From: an uncultured Desulfospira sp.
GTDB lineage: Bacteria > Desulfobacterota > Desulfobacteria > Desulfobacterales > Desulfobacteraceae
Length of the DNA: 64,000 nt
Direction: 5' to 3'
Assembly (NCBI GenBank): GCA_963663165.1
Contig: OY760175.1
Location: 3,904,001 to 3,968,000 of the forward strand
The translations under genes and the position numbers were made by a program. The notes beneath the pieces are model-generated. The model saw only the letters and a program-made list of their open reading frames with translations, did no database searches and was not told the DNA's origin. Of the stretch, positions 9,803 to 19,759 are shown piece after piece (position 1 is the first letter of the stretch; each line of letters starts with the position of its first letter).

Positions 9803-11015
9803 TAGCCCCATACGCTCTTTCCATACGCGAAAACACATTTTCCCAGGTGCAGGACCGGATAATGTCATCCAGGCCGGAAAAATCCGGCTGCCGATCGGCC
9901 AATACTTTATGGATACTGTGGCCCAGGGCCTTTGCCAGGTCGTCTTCAAGGCCGGGCAGGTCTGATTCAAAGGGGGTATCAACGGTTTGAAGGGGCGGCA
10001 GGTCCAGAAGATCCACCATATCCGATTGAACATCCCCCAAAATTTCCCGGGTCCCGGGAAGAGCCGTGGTCAGAATCCGGCAGCCCGAGGACAACGCCTC
10101 CATAAGCACCAGGGGCAGTCCCTCAAAAAAAGAGGGAAGGACAAACAGATGGGATTGCCGCATCAATTGTGAAAGCGTTTCATGGGACAGGGGACCGTGG
10201 ACCACCACCTGATCCCCCAGGGATTGGGCCAGTTCCAGGCACTCGTCTTTTTCCCGGCCGGAACCGGAACCGGCCAGGTGGAGCCGAAAGTTTTGGACCG
10301 AAAGCTTTTTAAGAGACCGCAGCAGCCAGACAACCCCTTTGGACCGGCTCAGTTTTCCGGCATAGACCATTTCCACCGGGCCTTCCAACGGTTTGGGCCC
10401 TGGATAAAACAGATCCTTTTCAAACCCCGCCCCCACCACATGAAGGTTGTCAGGCAACACCCCGTGAGCCTTCCTGACCTCATCTTTCTGGTGCCGGCTC
10501 AAGCAGAGGATCCCATCCATCTGCCTGACCCACGGCCCCATCTGAGAGCCCATCAAGGGACAAAGGGAGGCCTGGCGCAAACAGGTGCCGTGGCAGGAGG
10601 TGACCATGGGAAGGTCTGAGCAGACTTTCCGGGCGATTTTTGAGACAATCCACAGGTGGTGGGAATGAACGATGTCCGGGGAAAACCGGTCTTTCGCCCA
10701 TTGGACAGCCTTTTCAAAGGCGGCCTCATATTGGCTGATCTGTTCGGGCCCCATTGAGGAAAACACCGTACTCGGGTAAGGCATGACATCGCTCATGCCC
10801 GGCAGCCTGAAATCCAGATCCCCGCCGCCGTTAAACCGGACAAACCGGGTCTGATCTGCCGGCACCAGAGCAGGATCAAAGTAAAAATCATCCTGGATCC
10901 CGGCCACCAGAAAATTGTCATGCCCTTTTGCCCGGGCCTGCCGGATAATGGCCTGGATGGTTTTTCCCGATCCCGTAAAATCGGGCATCTGGCTGAGGAT
11001 GTGGAGAATCTTCAA
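9780..11015 (-). CDS. Glycosyltransferase family 4
   Basis: HSHHLW, YAGKLSRSKG, PSFFEGLPLVLMEALSSG; start overlaps the stop of the Pst-like ATPase. Confidence 0.9.
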   Translation of the reverse strand: MKILHILSQMPDFTGSGKTIQAIIRQARAKGHDNFLVAGIQDDFYFDPALVPADQTRFVRFNGGGDLDFRLPGMSDVMPYPSTVFSSMGPEQISQYEAAFEKAVQWAKDRFSPDIVHSHHLWIVSKIARKVCSDLPMVTSCHGTCLRQASLCPLMGSQMGPWVRQMDGILCLSRHQKDEVRKAHGVLPDNLHVVGAGFEKDLFYPGPKPLEGPVEMVYAGKLSRSKGVVWLLRSLKKLSVQNFRLHLAGSGSGREKDECLELAQSLGDQVVVHGPLSHETLSQLMRQSHLFVLPSFFEGLPLVLMEALSSGCRILTTALPGTREILGDVQSDMVDLLDLPPLQTVDTPFESDLPGLEDDLAKALGHSIHKVLADRQPDFSGLDDIIRSCTWENVFSRMERAYGAIMKRSRQ

Positions 11016-11734
11016 CTGGCCCTGGTTTCCTGTTCAAGGGGGGTTAATTTCCGGTTGCTCAAGACAAACTGCTGATCGGCAATCCGCCTTACCTGGTCCA
11101 TATAATGGGAAACCATGATAATGGTACACCGGGTTTTCAAATCTCCAAGCAGGTCTTCAATAACCTGAACCGAGGTTTCGTCAAGGGAGGAAGTGGGCTC
11201 ATCCAGCAGCAGGACCTGGGGCTCCAGGATCAGGGCCCTGGCCAGGCAGAGCCGCTGCTGTTGGCCGCCGGACAACAGGCGTGCATCATCGGTGAGCCGG
11301 TCCTTGACCTCGTTCCACAGGTATGCCCTTTTAAGGGCCTGCTCTACCTTGGCTTTAATGGTCTCTTTGTTTTTTTCGCCGGCCAGTTTAAGGGGAAACG
11401 CGATGTTTTTATAGATGCTCACAGGCAGGGGGTTGGGGGTTTGGAACACCATGCCCACCTTTTTCCTGAGCCGGGGAAGGGAATAATCTTTTTGAAAGAT
11501 ATCCTCAAACCCGCTGCCGAAATCCATCTGGACCTGCCCCTTTACCCTGGCGCCTTCCATGCTGTGGCACAGCCGGTTCAGTATGGTTAAAAAAGAGGAT
11601 TTGCCCTGTCCTGAAGGCCCGGTGATGGAGGTGATGGTGTGCTCATGAATATCAATATCAATGTCTTCTAAAACGGCCCGGGCCTTATAGTAGAACCAGA
11701 GCTGCCGGACTTTAATTTTAACCGGGTTTCCCAT
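11012..11734 (-). CDS. pstB: PstB-like ABC ATP-binding protein
   Basis: GPSGQGKS, VGMVFQTPNP, LSGGQQQRLCLAR. Confidence 0.82.
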   Translation of the reverse strand: MGNPVKIKVRQLWFYYKARAVLEDIDIDIHEHTITSITGPSGQGKSSFLTILNRLCHSMEGARVKGQVQMDFGSGFEDIFQKDYSLPRLRKKVGMVFQTPNPLPVSIYKNIAFPLKLAGEKNKETIKAKVEQALKRAYLWNEVKDRLTDDARLLSGGQQQRLCLARALILEPQVLLLDEPTSSLDETSVQVIEDLLGDLKTRCTIIMVSHYMDQVRRIADQQFVLSNRKLTPLEQETRAS

Positions 11735-11743
11735 GGGGTATAT

Positions 11744-12625
11744 TTACATGAATCCTGTCTGGTGATCAATTCGGATCTTGATTAAATGGGCAATGACAAA
11801 CAAAACAGAACAGATCAGCAGCAGGATAAGGGCAGCCCCGTATCCTTTCATCAGCTCCGAGGGATCTGAATATTCCGATGCCATATAGTAAATGTAGAAC
11901 GGCAGGGCCTCAAAACTTGAAAACACGGATTTGGGGACACCGGCCGTGGCCACCACACCGGTGAGCATGATCACCGCCGTATCTTCGGCACACCGGCCAA
12001 TGGCCAGCACCACCCCGGAAACCATATCGGAAAGGGCCATGGGAACCAGAACCAGGAAGATGTTCTGAAGCTTGGACGCCCCTAAACCCGGCGCGGTAAG
12101 CCGGGTTAAAAGGGGGAGGTCTTCAATGGCGCCCTGGGTGGTCTTGATAATATAGGGCAGGACCAGAAACGCCAGGGACAAGGCGGAAATCAGCAGGCAC
12201 GGAAAAATCCGGCTGTTGTAGAAATGGTGCAGAAAAATGGTGATGGAAAACCCGAACAGCCCCACCACAATAGAGGGGATTCCGGCCAGCAGGTCCACCA
12301 TAAAGCCGAACAGTTTTTTGGGGCCTGACGGTGCGTATTCGGCCAGATAAATTCCGGCACAAACACCTAATGGCAATGCGATCCCCACGGAAAGCAGGAC
12401 CAGTAAAAAAGTACCGGCCATGGCCGGGAACAGGCCGCCAAACACCTGTTTTCGGAGCAGGATAGCGTCCAGGGGGCGGGTATGGCCGAAAATCAACCCG
12501 CTGTTCAGGGTTGATGCCCCCTTCAAGATCAAAAAACCGATAATGCAGGCCACCCCGGCCACCAGGGTCACGGTGCAGGCCCATGAAAAGACCGACAACA
12601 GCCTGTCCGGAGTTCGGCCCGGCAT
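11744..12625 (-). CDS. pstA: PstA-like ABC permease
   Basis: GIYLAEY, LAGIPSIVVGLFG, GRCAEDTA. Confidence 0.82.
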   Translation of the reverse strand: MPGRTPDRLLSVFSWACTVTLVAGVACIIGFLILKGASTLNSGLIFGHTRPLDAILLRKQVFGGLFPAMAGTFLLVLLSVGIALPLGVCAGIYLAEYAPSGPKKLFGFMVDLLAGIPSIVVGLFGFSITIFLHHFYNSRIFPCLLISALSLAFLVLPYIIKTTQGAIEDLPLLTRLTAPGLGASKLQNIFLVLVPMALSDMVSGVVLAIGRCAEDTAVIMLTGVVATAGVPKSVFSSFEALPFYIYYMASEYSDPSELMKGYGAALILLLICSVLFVIAHLIKIRIDHQTGFM

Positions 12626-13473
12626 TATAAGGCCCTCCGGTCGGAAAGCCGGGCGGCCAGGATTCCCAGGGCCGTCATCACATAAAGGACAGTGCCGCTA
12701 AGAAAAATGGTTCTAAACTCAACACTGTCAAAATCCGCGGCAATGACCATGGCAATATGAGCGGTCAGGGTTCTGGCCGAATCCAGAATCGAAGCGGGCA
12801 GCATGACGCTGTTTCCGCTGAGCATTAACGCCACCAGGGTATCCCCCATGGCCCGGCCGAACGCCAGGACCAGGCCGGTCAGAACCCCTGGCCATGCCCG
12901 GGGAAGGATCACGTAAAACAGCCTTTGGAAAGGGGTTGCCCCCAGGGCATCCGCGGCATCGGTGTATGTTTTGGGCACCCGGGCAAAGCTCTGAGAAAAA
13001 AACAGGATCATGGTCGGGGAAATGAGCAGGGCCAGCATAATGGACGCCGATAAAATGCTCATGCCCGACCCGCGGGAAAACAGATTGCGGACCAGGGGGA
13101 CCAGCAAAAACACCCCCACAAACCCGTAGATAACCGTGGGGATGGCGGTCATGAACTGAACAATTTTTTTCAACCATTGGCCCGGCCTGCCCGGGCGGGT
13201 CACCTGGATGAAAAATGAGCAGCCAAGGCTTAAGGGGAACCCGATCACAAGGCTTAAGGATGCGATATAAAAGGTTCCTGCAATCATGGGCAGAATACCG
13301 AACTTGCCGTGGTCAGGAGACCAGGACTGGGTCAGAATCTCCCAGATCATGCCGCTTTGGAGTACAGGCAGGCTCAAAATGACCATGAACCCGAGGACAC
13401 AGAAGGTGGCTGCGGCACATAAAAAAGATGCACCGGCGAAAACCGCCGGTGCCAGTTTTTCTTTTAGCGGCAT
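12625..13473 (-). CDS. pstC: PstC-like ABC permease
   Basis: FGILPMIAGT, AIPTVIYG, GRAMGDT, RTLTAHI. Confidence 0.82.
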   Translation of the reverse strand: MPLKEKLAPAVFAGASFLCAAATFCVLGFMVILSLPVLQSGMIWEILTQSWSPDHGKFGILPMIAGTFYIASLSLVIGFPLSLGCSFFIQVTRPGRPGQWLKKIVQFMTAIPTVIYGFVGVFLLVPLVRNLFSRGSGMSILSASIMLALLISPTMILFFSQSFARVPKTYTDAADALGATPFQRLFYVILPRAWPGVLTGLVLAFGRAMGDTLVALMLSGNSVMLPASILDSARTLTAHIAMVIAADFDSVEFRTIFLSGTVLYVMTALGILAARLSDRRAL

Positions 13474-14309
13474 CAGTTAACCGGGATAAATCCCTTTTCG
13501 GAAACGATTTTCTGGCCCTGGGGACTTAGCAGAAAAGCGATCAGTTTTTTGGCAAGGCCTGTATATTCGCCTTTGGTATTGCTGTAAAGCCCTCTGGCCA
13601 CCTTGTATTCTCCGGACTGTACGGTCCTGATGGTCGGGGCAACCCCGTCCAGGGCAACCGGTGAAACAGATGAATCCATATATCCCACAGAGACATATCC
13701 AATGGCATAGGGGTTATTGGTCACAGCCGACTTCATGGCCCCGTTGGATGCCACAAAATTGGCTTTCTCGGAGATATCCCCCTTTTGCAGGGCTTTTTTC
13801 CAGAATACGTCCCGGGTCCCGGAGGATTTGTCCCTTGTGTAGATATTGATGGGCCGGTCCTCGCCGCCAAGCTCTTTCCAGTTGACGATCTTTCCGGCAT
13901 AAATATTCTGAAGCTGTGCCGTAGACAGCATCGTGACCGGATTTGACGGATGGACAACCACACCAACACCGTCAATGGCCCATTTGTACAGGGAAAGATT
14001 GTATTTGGCGATCTCCTCATCCGTGGGTTTCCGGCCGGAGTTGCCGATATCCACCAGGCCTTCTCCCACCTGTTTAATCCCGGCCCCGGACCCGCCACCG
14101 GCAATGGTGATCTGGATATCCGGATTAATTTCCATGATCAGCTTTGCCGCTTCTTTCATCACCGGGATATGGGCGGTTCCACCGGCAACCCTCACGATCC
14201 CGTTTTCACCCTTAAAAGCATCAAGCCCTGATGCAAAGCAGGTTCCAGCGGCTAACGCCGCAACCAAAAACACCACCAACACACTGTAAATCTGGACACA
14301 TCTTTTCAC
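13473..14309 (-). CDS. pstS: PstS-like oxyanion-binding protein (divergent)
   Basis: Signal peptide; GGGSGAGI, DIGNSGR, RDKSSGTR, AIGYVS; GTG start after AAGGAGG. Confidence 0.75.
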   Translation of the reverse strand: MKRCVQIYSVLVVFLVAALAAGTCFASGLDAFKGENGIVRVAGGTAHIPVMKEAAKLIMEINPDIQITIAGGGSGAGIKQVGEGLVDIGNSGRKPTDEEIAKYNLSLYKWAIDGVGVVVHPSNPVTMLSTAQLQNIYAGKIVNWKELGGEDRPINIYTRDKSSGTRDVFWKKALQKGDISEKANFVASNGAMKSAVTNNPYAIGYVSVGYMDSSVSPVALDGVAPTIRTVQSGEYKVARGLYSNTKGEYTGLAKKLIAFLLSPQGQKIVSEKGFIPVN

Positions 14310-14505
14310 AATCTTTCCTCCTTGGTTACAAATAATCTTTATTTGCCATCCATCGCCAACTTTGCCGAAAAGCCTTCATCCATACTGTTTTTTAAATTTC
14401 AAATATTGGGGGTCATTCCATATAGTTAATTCCAAAGGGGCATCTATTTCAAATTGATTACACTAATTAAGACCCGGATACAAATTGGATATCCCAATGA
14501 GTTGT

Positions 14506-14535
14506 GTAACGATCCGGCCAGTGCTGAATCGTTAC
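14506..14535. repeat. 30-bp imperfect palindrome made of two family-A-like TIRs
   Basis: GTAACGATCCGGC-CAGT-GCTGAATCGTTAC. Confidence 0.6.
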
Positions 14536-14576
14536 GCTTTAAACCCATTTCCCACGGCCGGTGTCGCCGCTGTCGT

Positions 14577-15188
14577 TTATGTTGCGCTTCCAGCCAGACC
14601 GATGATGGCTTTTGACGTATACTCCCCCACATCGGCCAGGCCGTCCACGGGCAGGAACAACCCGGCGTTATTGGAATACAAGCAGGTGGCCGATGCCGGA
14701 AAATCTTCGTCGGCTTCGTAAAAGATATAACACAGGGCCACCTTGGGCAGGGGCCGGACCAGCATGGCAAAATCGCCGCCGGCGCCTTTGGGGGATATTT
14801 CCCCGTCAAGGGTTTCCACTATGGCGGGCATGGCGGCCTTAATTTTCTCAACATGGGGAACCAGCACCTGCTCGGTGTGGGTCACAAAAGCCCCGGTATA
14901 GGGCATGGAATCGGGAATTTCTTTAAACGCTTTGAAAGGCTCAAGGATACAGGCATCGGGAGCCGCATTCAGGGCATAAAGGGAGACCAGTATCCCCAAT
15001 ATGGGTGCCACAGCCTCGCCGCCGAGCAGGATCTGTCCCGGGCCGATTTCACACGTCTCTCCAAAGGCTTTAAAAAAGAACCGGTCCCCCTCCCTGGTGG
15101 CGCCCATGTTCGCTTCAAGGGTATCCGGCAGGTCCTGGTAAAGTTTTGCCAGGTTATTTTCAACAAGCTTCATGTAGTTATCGGTCAT
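14577..15188 (-). CDS. DUF3786 domain protein
   Basis: FKEIPDSMPY, PLPKVAL, YEADEDFPASATCLY pattern. Confidence 0.8.
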   Translation of the reverse strand: MTDNYMKLVENNLAKLYQDLPDTLEANMGATREGDRFFFKAFGETCEIGPGQILLGGEAVAPILGILVSLYALNAAPDACILEPFKAFKEIPDSMPYTGAFVTHTEQVLVPHVEKIKAAMPAIVETLDGEISPKGAGGDFAMLVRPLPKVALCYIFYEADEDFPASATCLYSNNAGLFLPVDGLADVGEYTSKAIIGLAGSAT

Positions 15189-15216
15189 GGTCTTTATATC
15201 CCAACGTTAAACGGTT

Positions 15217-16962
15217 TTATGGGTCAAGGCTAAGCCAGGCAAAGCCATAGGGACCAAGAGACAGGATGCTTTCAAAGGAAACCCGGTTTCCCGTTATCAC
15301 ATCCGTTGCCCTGGAAGTTGTGCCACATTCCCCAGTCATCTCCGGCATCTTTATATCAACGGGTTTATCGCAAATATTGTACAGGCATAAAATGGCCTGG
15401 GCATCCGGGCCGGAGGCTGTTTTTCTCACCACGGCAAGGGTTTGAGGGGTTGTCTCCAGGACCGCCTGGGCCGCGTCCGGATGAAAGGCCGGCTGTTTTT
15501 TTCTTAACAGGACCAGATCCCTGATCCGGGAAAAAACCTTGTGGTGGTGATCTTCAGTGTCGGCCAGGGCCTTTTTAAGGTCTTCATACGCCCAGATATG
15601 GCGGTTAACGGCCCGGTTGGACTGCAGGTTGTCCCGCCGGTCATAGTCGTTTTCCGTTCCCAGGAGGCTGTGGATATAGATGGCCGGAATGCCCTGAAGG
15701 CTAAGCATGACGGCGTGGGCGCAGACAAACCGGGGAAGCTGCCAGGGGTCAGGCCCCGTTTCAACGGTTCCTTTCATGGCGTCCCAGAGGCTGATATTGA
15801 TCTCGTAGGGGTTGTCCTGGTGATCGTTGAGGGCCCTTGTGGAAATCCTGGCCCCAAAGGTTTTCATGCAGGTGATCAGCCGGTCCATGTCAAGGTCGGA
15901 CAAAAGCCCCTCTACGGGGCGCAGGCCAATGCCGTCATGGGAGGCGATGAAATTTAAAAACGTGGTGTTGGCCATGACAGGGGGCAGGGTTTTCAGCCAG
16001 TGGGTCAGGGCCCCACTGTCCCCGGACACCATGGTATGGAGCAGCAGGGGCGGCAACGGAAAGTTATAGACTGCCTGGGCCTCGTCCCCCTGGCCGAGAT
16101 AGGCCAGGTTTTCGCTGCTGGGCACATTGGTCTCAGTGATGATCAACGCCCGGGGGGAACCTTCCCCTAAAAGGGTTCGAAACAATTTAATGATCTCATG
16201 GGTCTGGGCCAGGTGGAGGCAGGTGGTGCAGGCCTCTTTCCATAAAAAGGCCACGGCATCCAGCCTGAAAATTTCCACGCCCTTGTCCAGGTAATACCGG
16301 ATAATGGCCAGAAACTCGAACAGCACTTCCGGATTCTTAAAGTCCAGGTCCACCTGGTCATGGCTGAAGGTACACCAGACATGGCGGGGGCCGTCCGGGG
16401 TGGGCACCTCTCTGAGCAGCGGGCTGGTCCGGGGCCGGACCACCTGGGACAGGTCGCACTCGGGCGCCACCGTAACAAAATAATCTTTTCCCGGATCCAG
16501 TCCTTTTTTAAAATTCTCAAACCAGTAGGACCTGGACGAAGTATGGTTGAGGACCAGATCCGACATGAGGCGGCAGCGCTGTGAAATTCTTGTCACATCC
16601 TCCCAGTTTCCCAGGGCCGGGTTCACCCGGTAATAGTCCATGACCGCAAACCCGTCATCGGAAGAATAAGGAAAAAAGGGAAGAATATGAACAATGGAAA
16701 ACCCTTTGTTGAGATAGGTGTCAAGAAAATGGTCCAGGGTTTTTAAGGGCCGCTGGTCCGGTTCCGTGATGCTGTTGCCGTAGGTGATCAGGGCGATGTC
16801 TTCCTGGGACCAGGCCTCGGTGTTATCCGCCTCAGGGAAAGAAAAAGAGGGGTCATCCAGCTTGAAAACGCTGACGGCCCGCTCTGCCAGGGATTTGCTG
16901 TCTTTATCCGGGTAGATTTTTTCCAGGTGGGACTGAACCCGGGAGAAAAGAGCGGGGGGCAT
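15217..16962 (-). CDS. GH13_18 sugar phosphorylase, probably glucosylglycerate phosphorylase
   Basis: LITYG, HILPFFPYSSDDGF, RLDAVAFLWK, ITETNVP, ASHDGIG; acceptor loop YEIN as in E. coli YcjM rather than the YQVN of sucrose phosphorylase; next to gpgS. Confidence 0.85.
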   Translation of the reverse strand: MPPALFSRVQSHLEKIYPDKDSKSLAERAVSVFKLDDPSFSFPEADNTEAWSQEDIALITYGNSITEPDQRPLKTLDHFLDTYLNKGFSIVHILPFFPYSSDDGFAVMDYYRVNPALGNWEDVTRISQRCRLMSDLVLNHTSSRSYWFENFKKGLDPGKDYFVTVAPECDLSQVVRPRTSPLLREVPTPDGPRHVWCTFSHDQVDLDFKNPEVLFEFLAIIRYYLDKGVEIFRLDAVAFLWKEACTTCLHLAQTHEIIKLFRTLLGEGSPRALIITETNVPSSENLAYLGQGDEAQAVYNFPLPPLLLHTMVSGDSGALTHWLKTLPPVMANTTFLNFIASHDGIGLRPVEGLLSDLDMDRLITCMKTFGARISTRALNDHQDNPYEINISLWDAMKGTVETGPDPWQLPRFVCAHAVMLSLQGIPAIYIHSLLGTENDYDRRDNLQSNRAVNRHIWAYEDLKKALADTEDHHHKVFSRIRDLVLLRKKQPAFHPDAAQAVLETTPQTLAVVRKTASGPDAQAILCLYNICDKPVDIKMPEMTGECGTTSRATDVITGNRVSFESILSLGPYGFAWLSLDP

Positions 16963-16963
16963 G

Positions 16964-18187
16964 TCAGGCGCTGTACTCCTTGTAATCGGCTTCAACGGCT
17001 TTCTTGATCTGCTCCATAATGTCCGGAATGGCGCTTTTAACCCGGTTCCATGCCGGGATAAAGGGGACGGTGTGGGGCTCTTCCAGGTAGATCTGGCCCG
17101 CAGCCAGGATGTTCTGGGCAAACAGCTCCACAGCCTGCTCTTCTTTGTGCCGGTCCAGGACAAGCCCGTTCATCTTGGCATCGTTGTGGTAGATCTCTAC
17201 AAAATCAAGGGCTTTGCGGTAATAGGTGGCCTTGATGGTCCTGAATTTTTCCATGGAAAATTCAAACCCCTCTGTGGCCAGTTTCCTGAATATGGCCCGG
17301 GAGATGTCAATGCTCATCTTGGACAGGCCCGAATCCGAGTCATCCCGGCTCAACGGCTGATGCTTGTGGTCGTAGGTATCGGCAATGTCTACCTGGCAGA
17401 GCCGGTTATTGGAGTAGTTCCGCTTCATTTCATAAAGGATGCCGACCTCCAGGCCCCAGTCCGTGGGCATTCTCAAATCATTGAGAACCTCGGTCCGCAT
17501 GGAAAATTCCCCGGCCAGAGGGTATCTGAAGCTTTCCAGATAATCCAGGGATTCGCTGCAGCCGCAAATCATTTTAAGGGCGGAAAGCAGTGGAGAGACC
17601 AGCAGCCGGCTGACCCGTCCGTTGACCTTGGATTCGGTAAACCGTGCATAATATCCCTTGCAAAAATAATAGGAAAAATCCGGATGGGCCACCGGATAGA
17701 TGAGCCGGGCCAGAAGGGACCGCTCATAGGTCAGGATATCACAGTCATGAAGGGCTACGGCATCGGTCATGCCTGAGGCCATGACATAGCCGAAGCAGTA
17801 CCATACGTTTCTGCCTTTTCCGGGTTCTGTGGGGGCCAGCTTTATCTGGGATAATTTCTCATCAATGGCCCTTAACCGTGGGCCGTCGTTCCATAAAATC
17901 CGGTGGTGCTGGGGCAGCCTTGAAAAAAATTTGAGGGCATGCCGGAACTGATCTTCATCCGCCCGGTCCAGCCCGATGACAATCTGGTTGAGGTAGTTGA
18001 CCTTGGCCAGTTTTTTGACAATTTCTTCTAGCGCATCGCCCTCCAGTTCGCTGTAAAGGGACGGCAGTACCAGCCCCAACCGACGGGTTTTTGAAAAGGT
18101 CTCAAGCTGGGCCTCAAGTTCTTCCACGGGCTGCCGGGCCAGGTTGTGGAGGATGGTGATAATCCCGTTTTGATGAAAGTCTCCCAC
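16964..18187 (-). CDS. gpgS: Glucosyl-3-phosphoglycerate synthase
   Basis: MGDFHQNG start, LPSLYSELEG, GKGRNVW, HDCDI, YPLAGEF, DWGLEVG, YDHKHQ. Confidence 0.88.
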   Translation of the reverse strand: MGDFHQNGIITILHNLARQPVEELEAQLETFSKTRRLGLVLPSLYSELEGDALEEIVKKLAKVNYLNQIVIGLDRADEDQFRHALKFFSRLPQHHRILWNDGPRLRAIDEKLSQIKLAPTEPGKGRNVWYCFGYVMASGMTDAVALHDCDILTYERSLLARLIYPVAHPDFSYYFCKGYYARFTESKVNGRVSRLLVSPLLSALKMICGCSESLDYLESFRYPLAGEFSMRTEVLNDLRMPTDWGLEVGILYEMKRNYSNNRLCQVDIADTYDHKHQPLSRDDSDSGLSKMSIDISRAIFRKLATEGFEFSMEKFRTIKATYYRKALDFVEIYHNDAKMNGLVLDRHKEEQAVELFAQNILAAGQIYLEEPHTVPFIPAWNRVKSAIPDIMEQIKKAVEADYKEYSA

Positions 18188-18250
18188 GCAAATTTCTCCT
18201 TTTAAAAGCCGTTAGCGATTTATCATCTCCGCTTTCCGGTCTCCCGTCTC

Positions 18251-19108
18251 CTATTCTTCCCATTCCGGTTCAAAAATCTCTTTAATGGCCTGGTTCCAGC
18301 CTTTAGGACCGGGTTCAAGGGTTCTGATGATTTTATCATCCGGGCGATCAAGCTGAACCTGGTCCGACCGGGCGGATTTGACCACAACAGCCATATCCAT
18401 CATATTCAGCATGGCCTGATCGTTGGGGCTGTCACCCAGGCCAATGGTAACAAAGGGACAGCGCCTGTCAAGTTCATATAGCTCCATGAGCAGCCGGACC
18501 CCGTCTTTTTTATCAAACGGACGGGAAATGGAAACAAACCGGCCGCCCTGAACCCAGGCAAGGCCTGCGTCTGAGAGATCTGCAGCAAAATCGGCCCACT
18601 GGTCCTCACTTCCCTGCCAGAGAATGGGTTCGGTACTTAACCGCTCTTTGGCCAGGGCGGCTGACGCCTGGGAAAGACCGGTATATTGGCAAATTTCTGA
18701 AAGATCCATGTCGGCAAAACCGGTAAAGGCATATTTTTTTTCTTCCCGGATGGTGTTTAAAATATCAAGCAGCTCCTGCCTGGAACCGCCCAACCGCTTA
18801 ACCCACTGCCCCTTTAGCCATTCGAACCCCCATTCTTCCAGCAGTGTTTTTGAAAAATACCCGTCTTCCACCCCCACCACAGACCCGTTTTCCGAAATAA
18901 AGGGATGAGGATTTCTCATTTGGGCCTTAAGGCGGCAGATTTCTTCCAGGGTCTTGCTGGAATTAAGTACCAGGGGAATCTTTCGTTTCTCAAGGAAATC
19001 CAGGGCCGGTTGTGCCGGTTCGTACCCATAGGTATCATGGTCCAGCAGGGTACCGTCAAGGTCAGTAAATATAATTGGCATATCGCCGGGCAGAATATTC
19101 ATGGGCAT
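18251..19108 (-). CDS. gpgP: Glucosyl/mannosyl-3-phosphoglycerate phosphatase (HAD IIB)
   Basis: FTDLDGTLLDH, SSKT, ENG, GGRF, LGDSPND; start at 19108 or 19102. Confidence 0.85.
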   Translation of the reverse strand: MPMNILPGDMPIIFTDLDGTLLDHDTYGYEPAQPALDFLEKRKIPLVLNSSKTLEEICRLKAQMRNPHPFISENGSVVGVEDGYFSKTLLEEWGFEWLKGQWVKRLGGSRQELLDILNTIREEKKYAFTGFADMDLSEICQYTGLSQASAALAKERLSTEPILWQGSEDQWADFAADLSDAGLAWVQGGRFVSISRPFDKKDGVRLLMELYELDRRCPFVTIGLGDSPNDQAMLNMMDMAVVVKSARSDQVQLDRPDDKIIRTLEPGPKGWNQAIKEIFEPEWEE

Positions 19109-19112
19109 GCTC

Positions 19113-19622
19113 TTAAGATTGGACTGAAAGGGTTTTAAGGGTTTGGATATAAGTTTCCTGAATAATAAAGGCATCGGTGGATGCCCTGTGGCGGGTGGCA
19201 TGAAGGGTTTGAATCAGGCTGTCTTTGGTCGCATGCCAGATGTCCATCTGCTGCTCGGAAAGAATCCGTTCCAGGGGGCTGATTCGAAAAAGCCTTCTTA
19301 CCCCTGCCGTATCAAAAAGCCGGTTGATCCAGGGTTTGTCAACCACCCAGCCATCGGTATAGACCGTACGGTCTCCTAAAAGATCGTTCAGCTCCACCGC
19401 AGCCTGGTCCGGCGGGATCCCGTTTTCAAATAAAATCTCCCGCCTGATCCCGTGGGTGGCTTCGGCCTTTTCGTCCCAATGGATCCAGTTCCCGGCCGGG
19501 ACAATGAGCCGGCAGTACCGGCTCCCCTTTTCCAGGGCCAGGCCGACTTCAATAGGATATCCGTCCGGGCCGAATCCAGAGGCTTCAACATCAATAATGA
19601 AAGGGCGAAGTGGTCTATTCAT
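19113..19622 (-). CDS. Small DEDDh exonuclease-fold protein
   Basis: IIDVEASG, YPIEVG, HGI, HRASTDA. Confidence 0.75.
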   Translation of the reverse strand: MNRPLRPFIIDVEASGFGPDGYPIEVGLALEKGSRYCRLIVPAGNWIHWDEKAEATHGIRREILFENGIPPDQAAVELNDLLGDRTVYTDGWVVDKPWINRLFDTAGVRRLFRISPLERILSEQQMDIWHATKDSLIQTLHATRHRASTDAFIIQETYIQTLKTLSVQS

Positions 19623-19759
19623 CACATTTTGGCGGTTAACAGGTGAACAAAGAAAAACTTTTTTTGCAACTGTCCGGTATTGTAACACACCATTGGCAGG
19701 GGACAAAGAAAAATATCCCCGGCATCGTAACCTAACCGCCCACTATGCCCCTTTATTCA

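Noticed and set aside
14345..14365. Sigma-54 promoter for the Pst-like operon (minus strand TTGGCGATGGATGGCA)
   Set aside because: Spacing is GG-N9-GC, not the required GG-N10-GC
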